A stretch of DNA of 64,000 nt from Nitrososphaera sp. (GTDB taxonomy: Archaea > Thermoproteota > Nitrososphaeria > Nitrososphaerales > Nitrososphaeraceae): positions 21,849 through 85,848 of the forward strand of contig NZ_DASWIL010000038.1 of the NCBI RefSeq assembly GCF_036397675.1, given 5' to 3'. Of the stretch, positions 63,482-64,000 are shown one piece after another. The notes beneath the pieces are model-generated. The model did not search any database. It saw only the letters and a program-made list of their open reading frames with translations, and was not told the origin of the DNA. The position numbers and the translations under genes are program-made. The stretch's first letter is position 1; each line of letters opens with the position of its first letter.

Positions 63482-64000
63482 ATGAACATTGGAATAGTAG
63501 GCGGCACCGGCGGCATGGGCGAGGGCTTTGCCCTCAGGTGGTGTGTCAAGCATGACGTTATCGTTGGCTCGAGGGAGGCAAAGAAGGCGCAGGAGGCAGC
63601 CGCAAACTATGCAAACGCTGCAAAGCAGGCGTATGGCAGCTCGATCGCCGGGAGCATCACCGGCGACGACAACATCTCCCTTGCAAAAAACTCTGATGTG
63701 CTCATACTTTCAATCCCGTACGAGTTCATCGACGACATGTGTTCGAAACTGGCGGCGCGGGCAAAAAGCGACTGCATAGTGGTGTCGCCAATCGTCCCCA
63801 TGACACGGACGGATAGCGGCTTTGTCTACATACCTATCGAGCATGGCAAAAAGCCGGCAGCCGAACTTGTCGCCGAGAAAATGGCGCCAAGATCAAGGGT
63901 CGTTTCTGCTTTCCACACGATATCTGAAGTAAAGCTGAAAAACGTCGGCGCGGGCCTCGACGCAGACACGTTCATCTGCGGCGACGACGCAAATGTCGTC
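63482..64000 (+). CDS. npdG: NADPH-dependent F420 reductase (NpdG-like), N-terminal 173 aa; runs off the right edge
   Basis: Absent from the ORF track because it has no stop. My translation gives MNIGIVGGTGGMGEGFALRW...VLILSIPYEF...VVSAFHTISE, a Rossmann fold plus the family layout. Confidence 0.75.
   Translation, partial: MNIGIVGGTGGMGEGFALRWCVKHDVIVGSREAKKAQEAAANYANAAKQAYGSSIAGSITGDDNISLAKNSDVLILSIPYEFIDDMCSKLAARAKSDCIVVSPIVPMTRTDSGFVYIPIEHGKKPAAELVAEKMAPRSRVVSAFHTISEVKLKNVGAGLDADTFICGDDANVV

Overview
This looks like an archaeal chromosome segment, most consistent with an ammonia-oxidising thaumarchaeon (Nitrososphaera-like). That placement is inference from gene content, not from any search. 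The backbone is housekeeping. It includes topoisomerase VI (top6B/top6A), archaeal TyrRS, an Lhr-type helicase, a multi-OB-fold RPA-like protein and an ADP-forming acyl-CoA synthetase. It also includes tmk, an HD phosphohydrolase, pyrH, truD, the hemL-hemC-cobA-hemD block, and a heme-copper oxidase cluster (coxA, coxB, short CtaA, two-domain blue copper protein). Two secreted proteins end in PEF-type C-terminal sorting signals, and several genes sit about 25 nt downstream of TTTAAATA-type TATA boxes (leaderless style). Four visibly AT-richer patches interrupt this backbone, judged by eye rather than computed: about 8047-9872, 12473-14772, 28193-31025 and 52921-56210. They carry mobile-element debris. 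This includes an intact tyrosine integrase, an IS5-type transposase remnant, an integrase N-terminal stub, transposase and methyltransferase tails, and an Mrr-like nuclease broken by an in-frame TGA. The most unusual observation is a tRNA-Val-like gene whose 5' part (31074-31026) and 3' part (28192-28151) lie on either side of a ~2.8 kb AT-rich insertion. The two parts share a 21-nt imperfect direct repeat covering the anticodon arm, and the insertion carries its own intact tRNA-Val(UAC). Other points worth a second look are a tRNA-Lys(CUU) with an 18-nt non-canonical intron next to a decayed island, perfect tandem repeats placed on or between core promoters, a ComA (phosphosulfolactate synthase)-wHTH fusion divergent from a sulfonate-type ABC importer that lacks its ATPase, and two secreted proteins predicted to mature with an N-terminal H-x-x-H. 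No CRISPR array and no rRNA were seen. All calls rest on reading the sequence and remembered family motifs; no searches were run.
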